Shown: positions 9,928 through 20,100 of the stretch, piece by piece | How positions within the stretch are numbered: position 1 is the first letter of the stretch | Layout of the letters: each line of letters opens with the position of its first letter | Virus record (IMG/VR): IMGVR_UViG_3300027985_000918 | Coordinates: 248,001 to 312,000 of that record | Reading direction: 5' to 3' (one strand) | DNA: 64,000 nucleotides | Program-made: the position numbers and the translations under genes | The notes under the pieces: generated by a model | Seen by the model: the letters and a program-made list of their open reading frames with translations, nothing else | Databases searched by the model: none | What the model was told of the DNA's origin: nothing

Positions 9928-11085
9928 TCACTTAAGCATCCGACTGGCCTCTGCTGGACTCAGGCCGGTCGATTCAAGTCCAAGGAAGAGGCCGTTCGAG
10001 CCCATCAAGGCAACGACCTCGGGCACTGTGAAGATGGTGGTCAGGTTGATCGGCTCCGAGGATGCGTTCTGTACCCACACATCGATCAGAAACGTCGTAG
10101 GGTCCTGTTCATGCGGGAGGACCTGGATACTCAGAACCGAATACAGGCGCTCCTTAGGGGTCACTACCTGTACCTCGGACTGAGACTTCTGGAGGGCCTG
10201 GAACCTGGAGAGGGCTCGCCGGATGTCGTCCTGAAGGGCTGCGGCTACGTTGCCGAGGGCCTTGCTCCCAATTCGAGATCGGAGAGTAGTCCCGTACCAG
10301 TTATGGTACGGATTGGACCCCCGGTCCGTCAACAGAATCTTGAGCGCTGCCTGCTGGAGAAGATCCTCGTTGTCCAGAAAAATGGGGCTCCCATCAACGG
10401 AAAACCTGTAGTCGTTCTCTACATAGGTAGCCCGACAACGGAGGCACCGGCGGGCGGGAACCGAGTAGGTAACCTTGAGGATGGGATTAGACTTGAGAGC
10501 AGTGACGAACTTGGGCACCCGATTCGTGATGGTGTCCGGGCGGACCTCCAAGGTCCACCCTGGGAACAAATTTCTTCCCCTGGCAGACCTCTGCCGGCCA
10601 TTGATTCCGGAAGCACCAAACCCCAAAGAAACTGCTGCCGTCCCCGTCACCCTCACGTAGCTGTCGGGACCTACCCGAGTCGTATCCGAGATGAGCAAAT
10701 GACCCCCAATGTCCTCCACCAAGGCAGTCGTGCTGAGCAAACCGAGCTGAGCCAGGCGCTTGATTACCTGGCTAGCCTTCCAGCGGACCTTTCCCTTGAC
10801 CCCCAGTGTCCCAGTAAAGGTCCCACCCGGAGTCGTAATGGTGAGGGTATCCTCGTTCTCAGTCAGTGTGAAGGGACCGGACTCAGTAGAAAAGAGCTGG
10901 GCCACCGAAGACAAACCCGTCGAGGGAATGACCAAGCCGGGATCGTCGTTCACCATGATCCGAACCGTCCCCGCAGATGCGATAGGTTGACGGGTCTGCA
11001 AAGTCCGGCGGTCACCCCCCAGACGTACCACTTCCTCCACCGTCAGATGGGGGCACGGCCACGAAAGAGCATAGTCCTGGCTCAT
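9928..11085 (-). CDS. gp25/GPW-like baseplate protein with N-terminal extension
   Basis: 385 aa; C-terminal LLQQAALKILLTDRGSNPYHNWYGTTL matches the gp25 family pattern; immediately upstream of the J-like gene. Confidence 0.75.
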   Translation of the reverse strand: MSQDYALSWPCPHLTVEEVVRLGGDRRTLQTRQPIASAGTVRIMVNDDPGLVIPSTGLSSVAQLFSTESGPFTLTENEDTLTITTPGGTFTGTLGVKGKVRWKASQVIKRLAQLGLLSTTALVEDIGGHLLISDTTRVGPDSYVRVTGTAAVSLGFGASGINGRQRSARGRNLFPGWTLEVRPDTITNRVPKFVTALKSNPILKVTYSVPARRCLRCRATYVENDYRFSVDGSPIFLDNEDLLQQAALKILLTDRGSNPYHNWYGTTLRSRIGSKALGNVAAALQDDIRRALSRFQALQKSQSEVQVVTPKERLYSVLSIQVLPHEQDPTTFLIDVWVQNASSEPINLTTIFTVPEVVALMGSNGLFLGLESTGLSPAEASRMLK

Positions 11086-11132
11086 TACGGGGTCCTCGGG
11101 GCTCCTAGTCTCCGCTTCACTTTACCGGGGCT

Positions 11133-11147
11133 TATAGGCTGCGAACC
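11133..11147 (-). promoter_or_regulatory. Candidate late promoter motif (GGT-N6-CCTATA)
   Basis: Minus-strand GGTTCGCAGCCTATA upstream of the ATG at 11085. Confidence 0.6.
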
Positions 11148-11167
11148 GGGCCCCAAGCCTAAGGGTA

Positions 11168-11195
11168 GGTAACACCGAACCCTTAACGGGTAGGT
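11168..11195 (+). promoter_or_regulatory. Candidate ECF-like promoter GGTAAC-N16-GTAGGT
   Basis: Upstream of the plus-strand DUF4419 gene; the same architecture occurs at 46860, 47199 and 59286. Confidence 0.55.
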
Positions 11196-11240
11196 GAGCA
11201 GGGCTAAGCGAAGAAACCTGCGAGCCTATCAGGAGGACCT

Positions 11241-12305
11241 GTGAGCTATACTTTTCAGGTGGGGGACTTCCCCATCGGTGAACACTTCAAGAGGAGCCGA
11301 CCCCCCATGCGCCATTGGCTAGCGGGTCGAGGGGATCACCGGGAACGTGACAGGAACTCGGTCCAGAGCAAGGTACAGGGGGTCACCCTCTACAGCTCCC
11401 CCACCGAAACCGTGGGCGGGACCAGCCCCTTGTTCCACACGCTGGGGTACGCCTTCAACAGCCACTGCCCGATGGTGCTCACCCCAGACTCGGTCTGGCT
11501 CACCATCCTCACCGGCCTCACCCACCACATCGACACAGACCCCGAAGGCCTGCGGACTCATTTCGTGAACTTCGAGGGGCGGCAAACGCTGACGTACCTC
11601 GCTGGGGGGGACCGCTTCTCCAAGGACTACCCAAACATCGTCATCCCCTACTTCGCAGAACAGCTCCAAGACTTCATCGGCAAGAAGGCCGACCTCATCG
11701 TCAACAACTTCAGCACCACGACGCCAGAGGACCGGGTCTCGTCCCAGGTGGCCCTCATGGGGGCCATGAAGCACTGGTTCGATTACAAGATGATGTTCTG
11801 CTGCAACCTCACCCGGATCACCGTCGAGGGGACCCCAGAGGACTGGGGCAACATCATCGACCGGGCCGGGGCCCTGACCGAGTTCGGCCTGGGGTGGTGG
11901 ACAGACCACCTGATCCCGATCCTCGACGAGATTCGCAAATCGGCGGAGGGCACCCCGAGCATCGAGTTCTGGAAGAACGCCTACCTCAAACACCGCAAGG
12001 GTTCGGGGAGCCAGTACGATGTGTCCGGCTGGATCAACGCCCTCTACCCCTACGTGGCGGGCACAAAGGGGAAGATGCGGCAGAACCCCTACGTGGACTG
12101 GCAGAAGGACCACGGGGGGCGCTACCCGGGCCTCGATTCCGACGATTTCCCGCTGGGGATCGTGAAAGCTCCGGTCGAAATCAACGACAACGGCCACGTC
12201 GTCCGGGCCGAGTTCGTCGGAGGCCTCGTGGGAGTCTCCATGGCGGACGACTTCACCGTGAAACCCGTCTCCGGAATCGCTCTCCAGGAATTGGAGGAAG
12301 CATGA
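11241..12305 (+). CDS. DUF4419 domain protein
   Basis: 354 aa; H.P.VL.PD.VWL.I, FVNFEG, FSTTT..D, LMG.MK.WFDY, IT.EGT.EDW and SGWI..LYP motifs; AGGAGG RBS before GTG. Confidence 0.85.
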   Translation: MSYTFQVGDFPIGEHFKRSRPPMRHWLAGRGDHRERDRNSVQSKVQGVTLYSSPTETVGGTSPLFHTLGYAFNSHCPMVLTPDSVWLTILTGLTHHIDTDPEGLRTHFVNFEGRQTLTYLAGGDRFSKDYPNIVIPYFAEQLQDFIGKKADLIVNNFSTTTPEDRVSSQVALMGAMKHWFDYKMMFCCNLTRITVEGTPEDWGNIIDRAGALTEFGLGWWTDHLIPILDEIRKSAEGTPSIEFWKNAYLKHRKGSGSQYDVSGWINALYPYVAGTKGKMRQNPYVDWQKDHGGRYPGLDSDDFPLGIVKAPVEINDNGHVVRAEFVGGLVGVSMADDFTVKPVSGIALQELEEA

Positions 12306-13024
12306 AACCTTCTGAACTGTATGCCCGTACCCCGTCCGCCGTGAGCTACAACCTATACTTGCTCAGCCGAGTCCTGGAGGAAGAGGGGCTGTACAACATC
12401 GACCCCGGGAGCAGAAACCAAAAACTCAGGAAGGTCGAGATCCGCATCTACAAGGACTTCGTCTTCGATGATCGTCGCACATGGACACTGCTCTCGGCCT
12501 TCTTCGAGGGGAAGCCCGTATTCATCCTCCAACAAGCAGGGAGAGAGGGGGGTGACCACACCGAGACATTCATCACCGACCGTGAGCAGTGGCTGGGGCT
12601 GATCTACTATGCCCGGTCCCTATGCCCCGAGGACGACAACCCGGTGTACGATCCAGAGGAGGACATCGAGAACTTGGACCAGTTCTATGGATGCTCCCTG
12701 AGCACTACCGACTGGGACGGGATCTCCCGCAGGGATATACTGTACTGGGCGGGGAATGGATTCTTCTCCGAAGGGACGCCCAAGTGGCTCAAGACTCTGA
12801 CGGGCCTTACCGGAGAGGCAGCCCTCCAGGGAAAACTGGGGAGCTACAGCCACCCCGAAGAACTCGTCTACCTGATCGGGGAGCACCTTGTCACCCTGTG
12901 CCCCACGAACACCACCTTCGTGGTGAAGGTGGACGGTGAGACCATCATCGAAAGGGCCTACCCCCTCTGGGAGGAGCTGCGGGAATACATCCGCTGCTCG
13001 GTCATCGAGTTCGCCTCGAAGTAA
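12302..13024 (+). CDS. Hypothetical protein (about 240 aa)
   Basis: True start likely the ATG at 12302 (ATGA overlap with the DUF4419 stop, GGAGG upstream) rather than 11894. Confidence 0.7.
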   Translation: MKPSELYARTPSAVSYNLYLLSRVLEEEGLYNIDPGSRNQKLRKVEIRIYKDFVFDDRRTWTLLSAFFEGKPVFILQQAGREGGDHTETFITDREQWLGLIYYARSLCPEDDNPVYDPEEDIENLDQFYGCSLSTTDWDGISRRDILYWAGNGFFSEGTPKWLKTLTGLTGEAALQGKLGSYSHPEELVYLIGEHLVTLCPTNTTFVVKVDGETIIERAYPLWEELREYIRCSVIEFASK

Positions 13025-13903
13025 TCACCCTCCCAGGGGATCCCGGATCTCGTCGGTCACGTCTGCGAACGTGAAATCGAGAAACCCCACCTTCATACTG
13101 GACCGGAAGGCCCTAACCTGCTCGGGGCCCTCCAGATCGAACAGCAACTCGTAGAAGTCATTCACCAGGCTGGGCACCGTTAGCCCAGTCGAAAAGCGCT
13201 CCCCATCAAGGACTGGGAGGGCATCAAGACTCCCTCCGAAGGCCTGCATGAGAACCTGGTCCCGCTCCAAAGTGAGCTGCTCACGTAGGTCCATCTGCTT
13301 GATGATCCTCCATTCGAGGTCTTGCAACTTCTCCTTGATGGCCTGGTTTGCCCACTCCCTCATCTTGTTCATGGCCTTGGCAGTGGTGAGATCCGACTGG
13401 CTGACCCGCCCACCGAGACGTGCAGGGTAGTACCTATTCGTGTTCAGGTATCCCCCCTGGTGTCCCGTATACCCCGAGCCCCCCGTCTCGTGGGCAGGAT
13501 TGTTGGCCTCCACACTCCGAGGAGCCACCACACCACCGTGAGGGTAGGTGGTTCCAAGTCTAGGGGTCCCGTCGTCGGTCTGCCCCATCAACCGAGTCAT
13601 GTCCGGCATCCAGAACGGAGAGATATCCAGAGGGTTTCCTCCGTTGGCGATGTACGCCTGTACCAACTTTTCCAAAGTCGAATTGGGAGTCACGCTGACC
13701 CCCATCCGCTCTTCTGTGACAGCGTAGGACCCGTCTGGGTTCACTATCTGACGGTACTCCACCTGCACAAAGCCGATCCTCTCGATCTCTGCGTTCAGGG
13801 TGTTGATACGAGAAGCTACGTCCCGCCGCTCCCTCAGCAGCCATGAGCTGAACGCCCGGAAATATCCCGGGGGGAAGAACGACATTTTGGAGAAAGAGGC
13901 CAT
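13025..13903 (-). CDS. Hypothetical virion-associated protein
   Basis: 292 aa ORF with GAGG RBS, in the structural operon. Confidence 0.7.
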   Translation of the reverse strand: MASFSKMSFFPPGYFRAFSSWLLRERRDVASRINTLNAEIERIGFVQVEYRQIVNPDGSYAVTEERMGVSVTPNSTLEKLVQAYIANGGNPLDISPFWMPDMTRLMGQTDDGTPRLGTTYPHGGVVAPRSVEANNPAHETGGSGYTGHQGGYLNTNRYYPARLGGRVSQSDLTTAKAMNKMREWANQAIKEKLQDLEWRIIKQMDLREQLTLERDQVLMQAFGGSLDALPVLDGERFSTGLTVPSLVNDFYELLFDLEGPEQVRAFRSSMKVGFLDFTFADVTDEIRDPLGG

Positions 13904-13911
13904 ATTTCACC

Positions 13912-16900
13912 TCACAAAACGTCCGGCTCATCGTCGGGGGGAGTGGGATCCAGTTCGGGCAGATTCTCCAAACCGAACACTGGGATCGGCTGATTGAACG
14001 ACGTAGACTGGTAGGGGTTGCTCGACCCATCGTCCAATTGCAAAAGCTCAACCAAGAAGGAAGGGACCAGAGGGGCCACGATGGCGACCCCGCCCCCGTA
14101 GGACAAAGAACTGTCCGAAGGCTTGTTGTCTGCCGTGATGAACTTCTGGAGGATGCCGTCAGTCCCAGAGGCGGACAGCAACAGGGCGGAGCACTGGGGG
14201 AGGCCAATCGAGAACCCAAGGATGCTTTGGATGAGAGAGTTGACCCGCCGGATCAAGTTCTGAAGCTCGATGATGCGGTCCTCGACGAACTCGATGTACC
14301 TGAGGATGGACTCGATGATGCCCTTGCTGGCCTCCGACAGAGCGTCAAGCCACTGCTGGAGGGTGTCGAAAAAGTTGTCTAGCCCCGGGAGGGTGTCCAA
14401 AAACCGAAGGGCAATCCACTCCCCATCCTGCGGAGGGCGGAGAGCTACTGCTGAGGCTACCCCGAGCACCAAAGCAGACTGGCTATACAGAATGCCGTCG
14501 TCATACTGCCTAAACAAGGTTCGACAGAAGTGAGCGCCCGCCAGGGCGGGGTCTACATCCGAAACCTGCTTGTCTTGAGCGGCCACCCGCATGGTGGAGG
14601 CATTGAAATAGAACACCGGAGACATGTCCGCAGAGCCCTGCTTCCTTGTCTGCCCCCGAAGGGCCTGCATGTAAGACACGACCTCCGATGGGATCCGAAT
14701 ACCCCCATCCTCTTGGATGTACCTCTCATAGAACATGCGAATGCTCGGAGAGGACTCTGCCAGCACTCCCAGTACCTGCTCGGCCGGGATCTCAACCTCG
14801 TAGTCCCACCCCTGAATGGAAGAGGGGTCCACCTCAATGAAATCCCCACGGCGCCCCCGGATGAGGGGATTCTGCGGGGTTAGCTTCAATACCGCCTCGA
14901 CCAACTCTTCTGGGACTTCCATGCTGTAGAGGTTCGGGGCGAACCCCAGCTCCCTCCAGACCCCCGGGGAAGGGGCAGGAATATCACTTAGGTCGGGGTG
15001 CAGGGGCTCTTTCCCCAGCTCTTCCTCCAAGCTGTTAATTTCGTCAATCAGGTCTCGGGTATCCGAGTCGTCGGCAGCCTCGAACATCTCCACCAAACGG
15101 TAGTCCGTGCTCAAGGCATCGAGCCGCTCGTTCTCCGAGGTGATAGCGTCTGCTCCGGGTTCCTCCCCGGCAGCTCTGAGAACGTCGAGAATGGTCGCAG
15201 ACCTCAGCTCGATGGTGTTCTGGGCGATGAACTCGTGGAGGTCAGGCCGAGCCCCGATCTGGTCCATCAAGTCCTTGGCATACCTTCGGCATCGCTCCAA
15301 AAGGTCCTGGCGGAATGCCTGAGGGCTCTGCCCCTTCTTCTCGATGTACGCCTTGAACCCTTCTCCCGGAAACATACGGTCGAGGATTCCTTTGTAGGGT
15401 TCCAGCGACGTAGGGATCAGAGCGACCCCGGGAACCATGAACTGGTGTTGCTTCGCCAGCTCCTTTTGGTCTTCCGGAAGCCCCTCCACCTCGTCGATGA
15501 GGGGAAGGTCTGACCGGCTCAGACAGAGAACCAAGAGAGCCGTGGTGACAGCGTCCAGGAACTCCTTTGTGTTGACGTTGGGGAGGGTAGCCTTGAAAGC
15601 AGGGCTCCATGCCGACTTCTCGGCGTTCTTCTCTTGGGGAACTCGGAACAGCCCTCCGGGGTCATTGCCTAGATCCTGCACCTTGTCGAAGTCGAGGGCA
15701 TACCCAGGGAAGGTACGAGACCCTTCCACGGTGTTCGCCAGAGCTTCCTCATCGAGAACCGAAGCGATACGAATGTAGTAGGTGTTGGCCTTGCCGAGAT
15801 CTTTGACCGTCACCTGCCCATCCGAACCCACCCTGAACTCTGCCTGGTGGGGCAGGTCCTCGTACTCGATGACGAGGCTGTATTCCTCGTTCGCCCAGGA
15901 GGCGAGCATGGACCCAGGGACAGCAAACGTCCGCTGGAGATAGTATGTGTCACCCTCCCGCAGTTGAGCGAGATCGATGACCTCCCCAGAGGCTCGGCTC
16001 TTGAGGCCATACACCGCAGTCAGGCCATCCTTGAACTGGTTGAGTCCTGCCACAACCCTGTTCCAGGAATGCCTCTCCACAGCCCCCGCCAGGAGGTCTT
16101 TGCCCCCATACAGAATGTAGGGCTGGCCGTTGCGGTCGAGTACCGTTCCCGCTTCTCGACGGGAACGCCGCTCAGACTCCCCGCTCTCCGGCTCCTTTTT
16201 CTTGGCGTCGTTCTCAGGACGATTGAATGCCAGAGGGATACCCTCTTCCCGAGTCCCGATGGTCACCAGGAAACCCGCAGGACCCACCGGAGAGAAAGGG
16301 TTAAAAGAAGACTTGCTCGAAGTAGGCTGGACCTTCCAGGTGACCTTCATCTTCTCGGGAGGGCCGGCCTCAATCCGCACCAGGTTCTCCAGGGCGTCGA
16401 AGACGTTCCCATTAGCCTGGTTGCCATGCTGGATGCCCGTTACCACCGGGACCGGGGGGGACCCGGAGGGGTTGAAGCTCTGGTTGAACATATCCAGGAG
16501 CTGGCGAACGAACTGAACCAGTCGGGAGATCCCCGAGAAATCCACCGACAAGTAGAAGAAAGCGGCGAACACCTCCACCGCTGAGGACACATCTGGGCGG
16601 GTGGGGTCCGTGAAATCGGTCATCCGGGCGACCATCCGCCGCTCGTACTCGGTGAACCCTCCCCGCAGGTCATCGTAGGGATGCTCCAGCAGAGCCCAGT
16701 CCCCCGTGATGTAGATCCCCAAATCCTTCAAGTTGTCAAGCAGGGCGTTGATCTGGTCGATGACGGCCTGCACCAAGGCGGCGAGGGGATCCAGGAAACC
16801 GACGGCAAACGCTTTGATGAGCTGAAGAGCTTCCAAAGCGATGTCCAGGAACGCCAGCAGAAACTCTGCGATGCTGTTGATCGCCTCCCGCACGTCTGTC

Positions 16901-16953
16901 AGGAAGTCCGGCAGCTCGAAGCTGATCGTCCCCCATTCCCCGAACCCCGCCAT
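13912..16953 (-). CDS. Large hypothetical virion protein with amphipathic helical termini
   Basis: 1013 aa, coupled to the upstream ORF (TAATG); both termini are long hydrophobic helical stretches. Confidence 0.75.
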   Translation of the reverse strand: MAGFGEWGTISFELPDFLTDVREAINSIAEFLLAFLDIALEALQLIKAFAVGFLDPLAALVQAVIDQINALLDNLKDLGIYITGDWALLEHPYDDLRGGFTEYERRMVARMTDFTDPTRPDVSSAVEVFAAFFYLSVDFSGISRLVQFVRQLLDMFNQSFNPSGSPPVPVVTGIQHGNQANGNVFDALENLVRIEAGPPEKMKVTWKVQPTSSKSSFNPFSPVGPAGFLVTIGTREEGIPLAFNRPENDAKKKEPESGESERRSRREAGTVLDRNGQPYILYGGKDLLAGAVERHSWNRVVAGLNQFKDGLTAVYGLKSRASGEVIDLAQLREGDTYYLQRTFAVPGSMLASWANEEYSLVIEYEDLPHQAEFRVGSDGQVTVKDLGKANTYYIRIASVLDEEALANTVEGSRTFPGYALDFDKVQDLGNDPGGLFRVPQEKNAEKSAWSPAFKATLPNVNTKEFLDAVTTALLVLCLSRSDLPLIDEVEGLPEDQKELAKQHQFMVPGVALIPTSLEPYKGILDRMFPGEGFKAYIEKKGQSPQAFRQDLLERCRRYAKDLMDQIGARPDLHEFIAQNTIELRSATILDVLRAAGEEPGADAITSENERLDALSTDYRLVEMFEAADDSDTRDLIDEINSLEEELGKEPLHPDLSDIPAPSPGVWRELGFAPNLYSMEVPEELVEAVLKLTPQNPLIRGRRGDFIEVDPSSIQGWDYEVEIPAEQVLGVLAESSPSIRMFYERYIQEDGGIRIPSEVVSYMQALRGQTRKQGSADMSPVFYFNASTMRVAAQDKQVSDVDPALAGAHFCRTLFRQYDDGILYSQSALVLGVASAVALRPPQDGEWIALRFLDTLPGLDNFFDTLQQWLDALSEASKGIIESILRYIEFVEDRIIELQNLIRRVNSLIQSILGFSIGLPQCSALLLSASGTDGILQKFITADNKPSDSSLSYGGGVAIVAPLVPSFLVELLQLDDGSSNPYQSTSFNQPIPVFGLENLPELDPTPPDDEPDVL

Positions 16954-17189
16954 TAGCTACCTCCCCCGTGCTTAATCAGGGCGAGCTTCTGCAAGGCCTC
17001 AGCCTTCTTGCCTTCCCACTCTGCGAGCTGCTGCTCCAGGATGCTGCGAAGGCTAAGGAGTGCCCGAGCCTGCTCGGTGGCAAATGCTGGACGAAACGTA
17101 GTCCCCCCACCGGCATCCCCCCAGGCCCCAGCCTTCCGGCCAATCTTCTCCAACTCCTGCCGAGCCTCTTCGGGTGTCAACGGTTTCAT
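16953..17189 (-). CDS. Small hypothetical coiled-coil protein
   Basis: 78 aa; overlaps both neighbours (ATGA and TAATG). Confidence 0.65.
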   Translation of the reverse strand: MKPLTPEEARQELEKIGRKAGAWGDAGGGTTFRPAFATEQARALLSLRSILEQQLAEWEGKKAEALQKLALIKHGGGS

Positions 17190-20100
17190 GAAGCGTTCTC
17201 CACAGATTCTTCGAGCCGGGCTACCCGCTCCGCCTCGGCCAGTCTCTTCGGAAGCTCTTCGTCGAAAAGGTCGATCCGCTGAAGAGTACCCCGTACCGTA
17301 TCAGTCCGATAGGCCAGCCAAGCGTAACGGGTAGGCCGGAACCTGTCCTCAATGTCCAGGACAATGTCCACCCTTTCTGGCAACACGGGCCTCACCGAGC
17401 TACCCCCATTGGCATCGGCCGAGAACGAGGTGTAGGCCCCCACCGGCTGGGCCAGGTCCACGTCTCCCGCCGTCGGGAAAGGGTTGACACCGTCGTAAGT
17501 CCTGCATCCGATGTTGGTGTCCGGCATCAACGAATCCAGGCGGCGATCTAGGACCCAGAATCGACGGTCCAAAATCGACAGGCAGTCCTCGGAGTTCAGA
17601 TACGGGGAGATGTTGACCTGCCCGATCAGACTCGTCACCGATACATTACCGAGCACCCCCAACCCGTCGAGAGGATCATTCGGGAGACCCACATCATGGG
17701 CGTGTAGCTCGTTCTGGAAGTCCCAGTAAGTACCATCCTTGCGCCCGCCCATGATAGACCGAAGCTCCTGAATCCAGGACAGAACCCGCTCCCGGTTCAT
17801 CAACACTAGGTCCACGGCCTCATCTGAGAAGAGCTGGCTCGGGCGGATGATGCGGTAAGAGAACGGGCGGATGGAGTGTGTATCCCCTGTGTAGGTCTCG
17901 TACCCCCCGATGGTTTCCCGCACCTTCGTCGGACGGAGATCCATCTGCCCCTCTCGGCCGTCGCCCGTCAGAGCCGAACCCGAGATGGTCGGAAGGATGG
18001 AGTACCCGAGGATCGGCTGGTAAGTGGCGTTCTCCGGAAACACCACATCCGTCGTAGTCCCCCCCACACGGGCTCCGGCCAATGTGCATGTCCCGTCCAC
18101 AACAAGGGTGGCCCCGTCGATGTCGGTGACCCGATAGAATCCCCGGTTGTCGTCCAGAATGTTGGGCTCACCCGGGTCGTATCCCGTCCTCTGAGGCCCC
18201 CCCGAGATGTAGGCCCCCACATCCCCGATGGGCCGTGCTCCCCGTTCGCCGGACTGGGGGATCTTGGGAGTCGGGTCGAGGATAACAATGTCCCCTCGGA
18301 GTACCCCCTTACTGGCCCAGCTTCCGGTGTTCTTGTCATCCCGCATTCGGTTGACCACCGAATCGTAGTCTGCCGTGACCGCCTCCACGTACCCACCTCT
18401 CTCAGTGGCATAGTCGGCATCGGTCCGGGTGACCTCCTTGAACGTGATCAGTTCCAGAAGCTGCTCGGCGCTCTGCTCGTGGGGAACCGGGGCCTGTCGG
18501 AGCCAGATCTCGAACCGCATACCCCCGTTAGCCTCCAAAGTGGCCTTCGGGGTCTGGAGGCCAGGGGCCTCCAGCTTCAGCTCAACCTCAGACAGCACCC
18601 CCACAATGGGAACCTGCTCGATGAGTGCCCCATCCTCATCCAAAAGGCGGAACATGTCCCCAGCATGGATGTTCACGTCGACACTGTTGAACGGCCCGAG
18701 GTTGGTACCCAAGAGTCCCGTCTCACCTCCGTTCCACACGTCCGGGGCCAGGGGGGCCGTGACGACATCGGCATTGTACGTCATGCCGAAGCCGTCCGCT
18801 TCTACCAAGCCGAACTGCTTGGCCGTCGTGCTGTAGGTTGTGATCCTACCTCGCCGAATCTCATAGGCGTACCGGAGGGGACCGAACTGATCCCCCAGGT
18901 CGTTGAACAGCCGATGGAACCGCCGGATACGGCGAACCTCGAACTGCACCGATTCAGGATTGGCATAGGGTACCCCGCTAGAGTTGTAGTCCGAGAAGTC
19001 CCTCACCCCCACCAAGGGGTAAGGGGCTGCCGTCCTCTCCACCAGGCGGGCCTGAGTGAAGCTGTAGGAATTGACGGGGGTCGGGAAACTCGGCTCCAAG
19101 AAGATGCCGCTCTGCGCCCAGAACCCCGGAGTTGGGCCTGTGGGATCTCCCAGGTACACCACCGTGTTGGGAAGCAAAGCTGCCACCCACTGCCCCGCCG
19201 AATGCCCCAGCGGGTCGTAGATGCTCCCCCAATCCAGATCCGGGACCGCCGACAAGTCGATGCTGCCCGCCACATGGGCGTACACCACAGGATCAGCATC
19301 GGCGTGGAACTGGTTGGCGGACACTCGGGCAGCCTCAGCTACCTCGATGGCTCCACCGCCACCCACATCCGTGATCTGCCCAGCAGTAGCGTCGTAGGTG
19401 ACGACAGCTCCGCCTGGTCCCTCGAAAGTCACCAGGCGGAACCCGTGGATGACCTCCTGAAGAGCGGTGAGGCTATGATGCCCAACCACGCTGGAGCTAT
19501 CTGGGAGGCCATTCCCCCGCACATCCACCGTCAGGGAATCGTGGCCGGCAACCATAAGCCCAGTGGTGTTGACCAGGTCCGTAGCGGCCACGGGAGTCCC
19601 TGTGGCATCCCGCAGATCATTGAGGGTGAACGTGGTAGGGGTCTTGAACGTGATGTTGCCAGACCACAGTGCCTGGGCGTACTCCGCCGCAGTAGCTGCC
19701 GACAGCTTCGTCAAGTCCCGGCAGATGAACACCCGGTTCCCTACCCCAGGGAACCTGGACGTGGAAGTGACGGTCAGCACCCCCGTGCCGGAATCCCAGC
19801 CCACCACCCGGGGGTACACCTCGGTGATCCACCCGCTGCCGCCCCCCGCCGTACAGGACAGCGTAACCTGGAGGACGTGGTTGATGGCGTCGTTCTCACC
19901 CACGGCGTGCTTGACCAGGTACGTCCCCGCTTTCGTACAGGCCCGGTGAGTGCCATCGTTGGACCGCTTGACGACCAAAACATCACCGGGCTCCACTCGG
20001 GCGAGGGCACCACTGTTGATGGTCGGGTCCATGACCCGCCCTTCAACCAGGGTGAACTGGACAGCAGAGAGGTCGGCGTTGTTCTCCGACTCCATGAACC

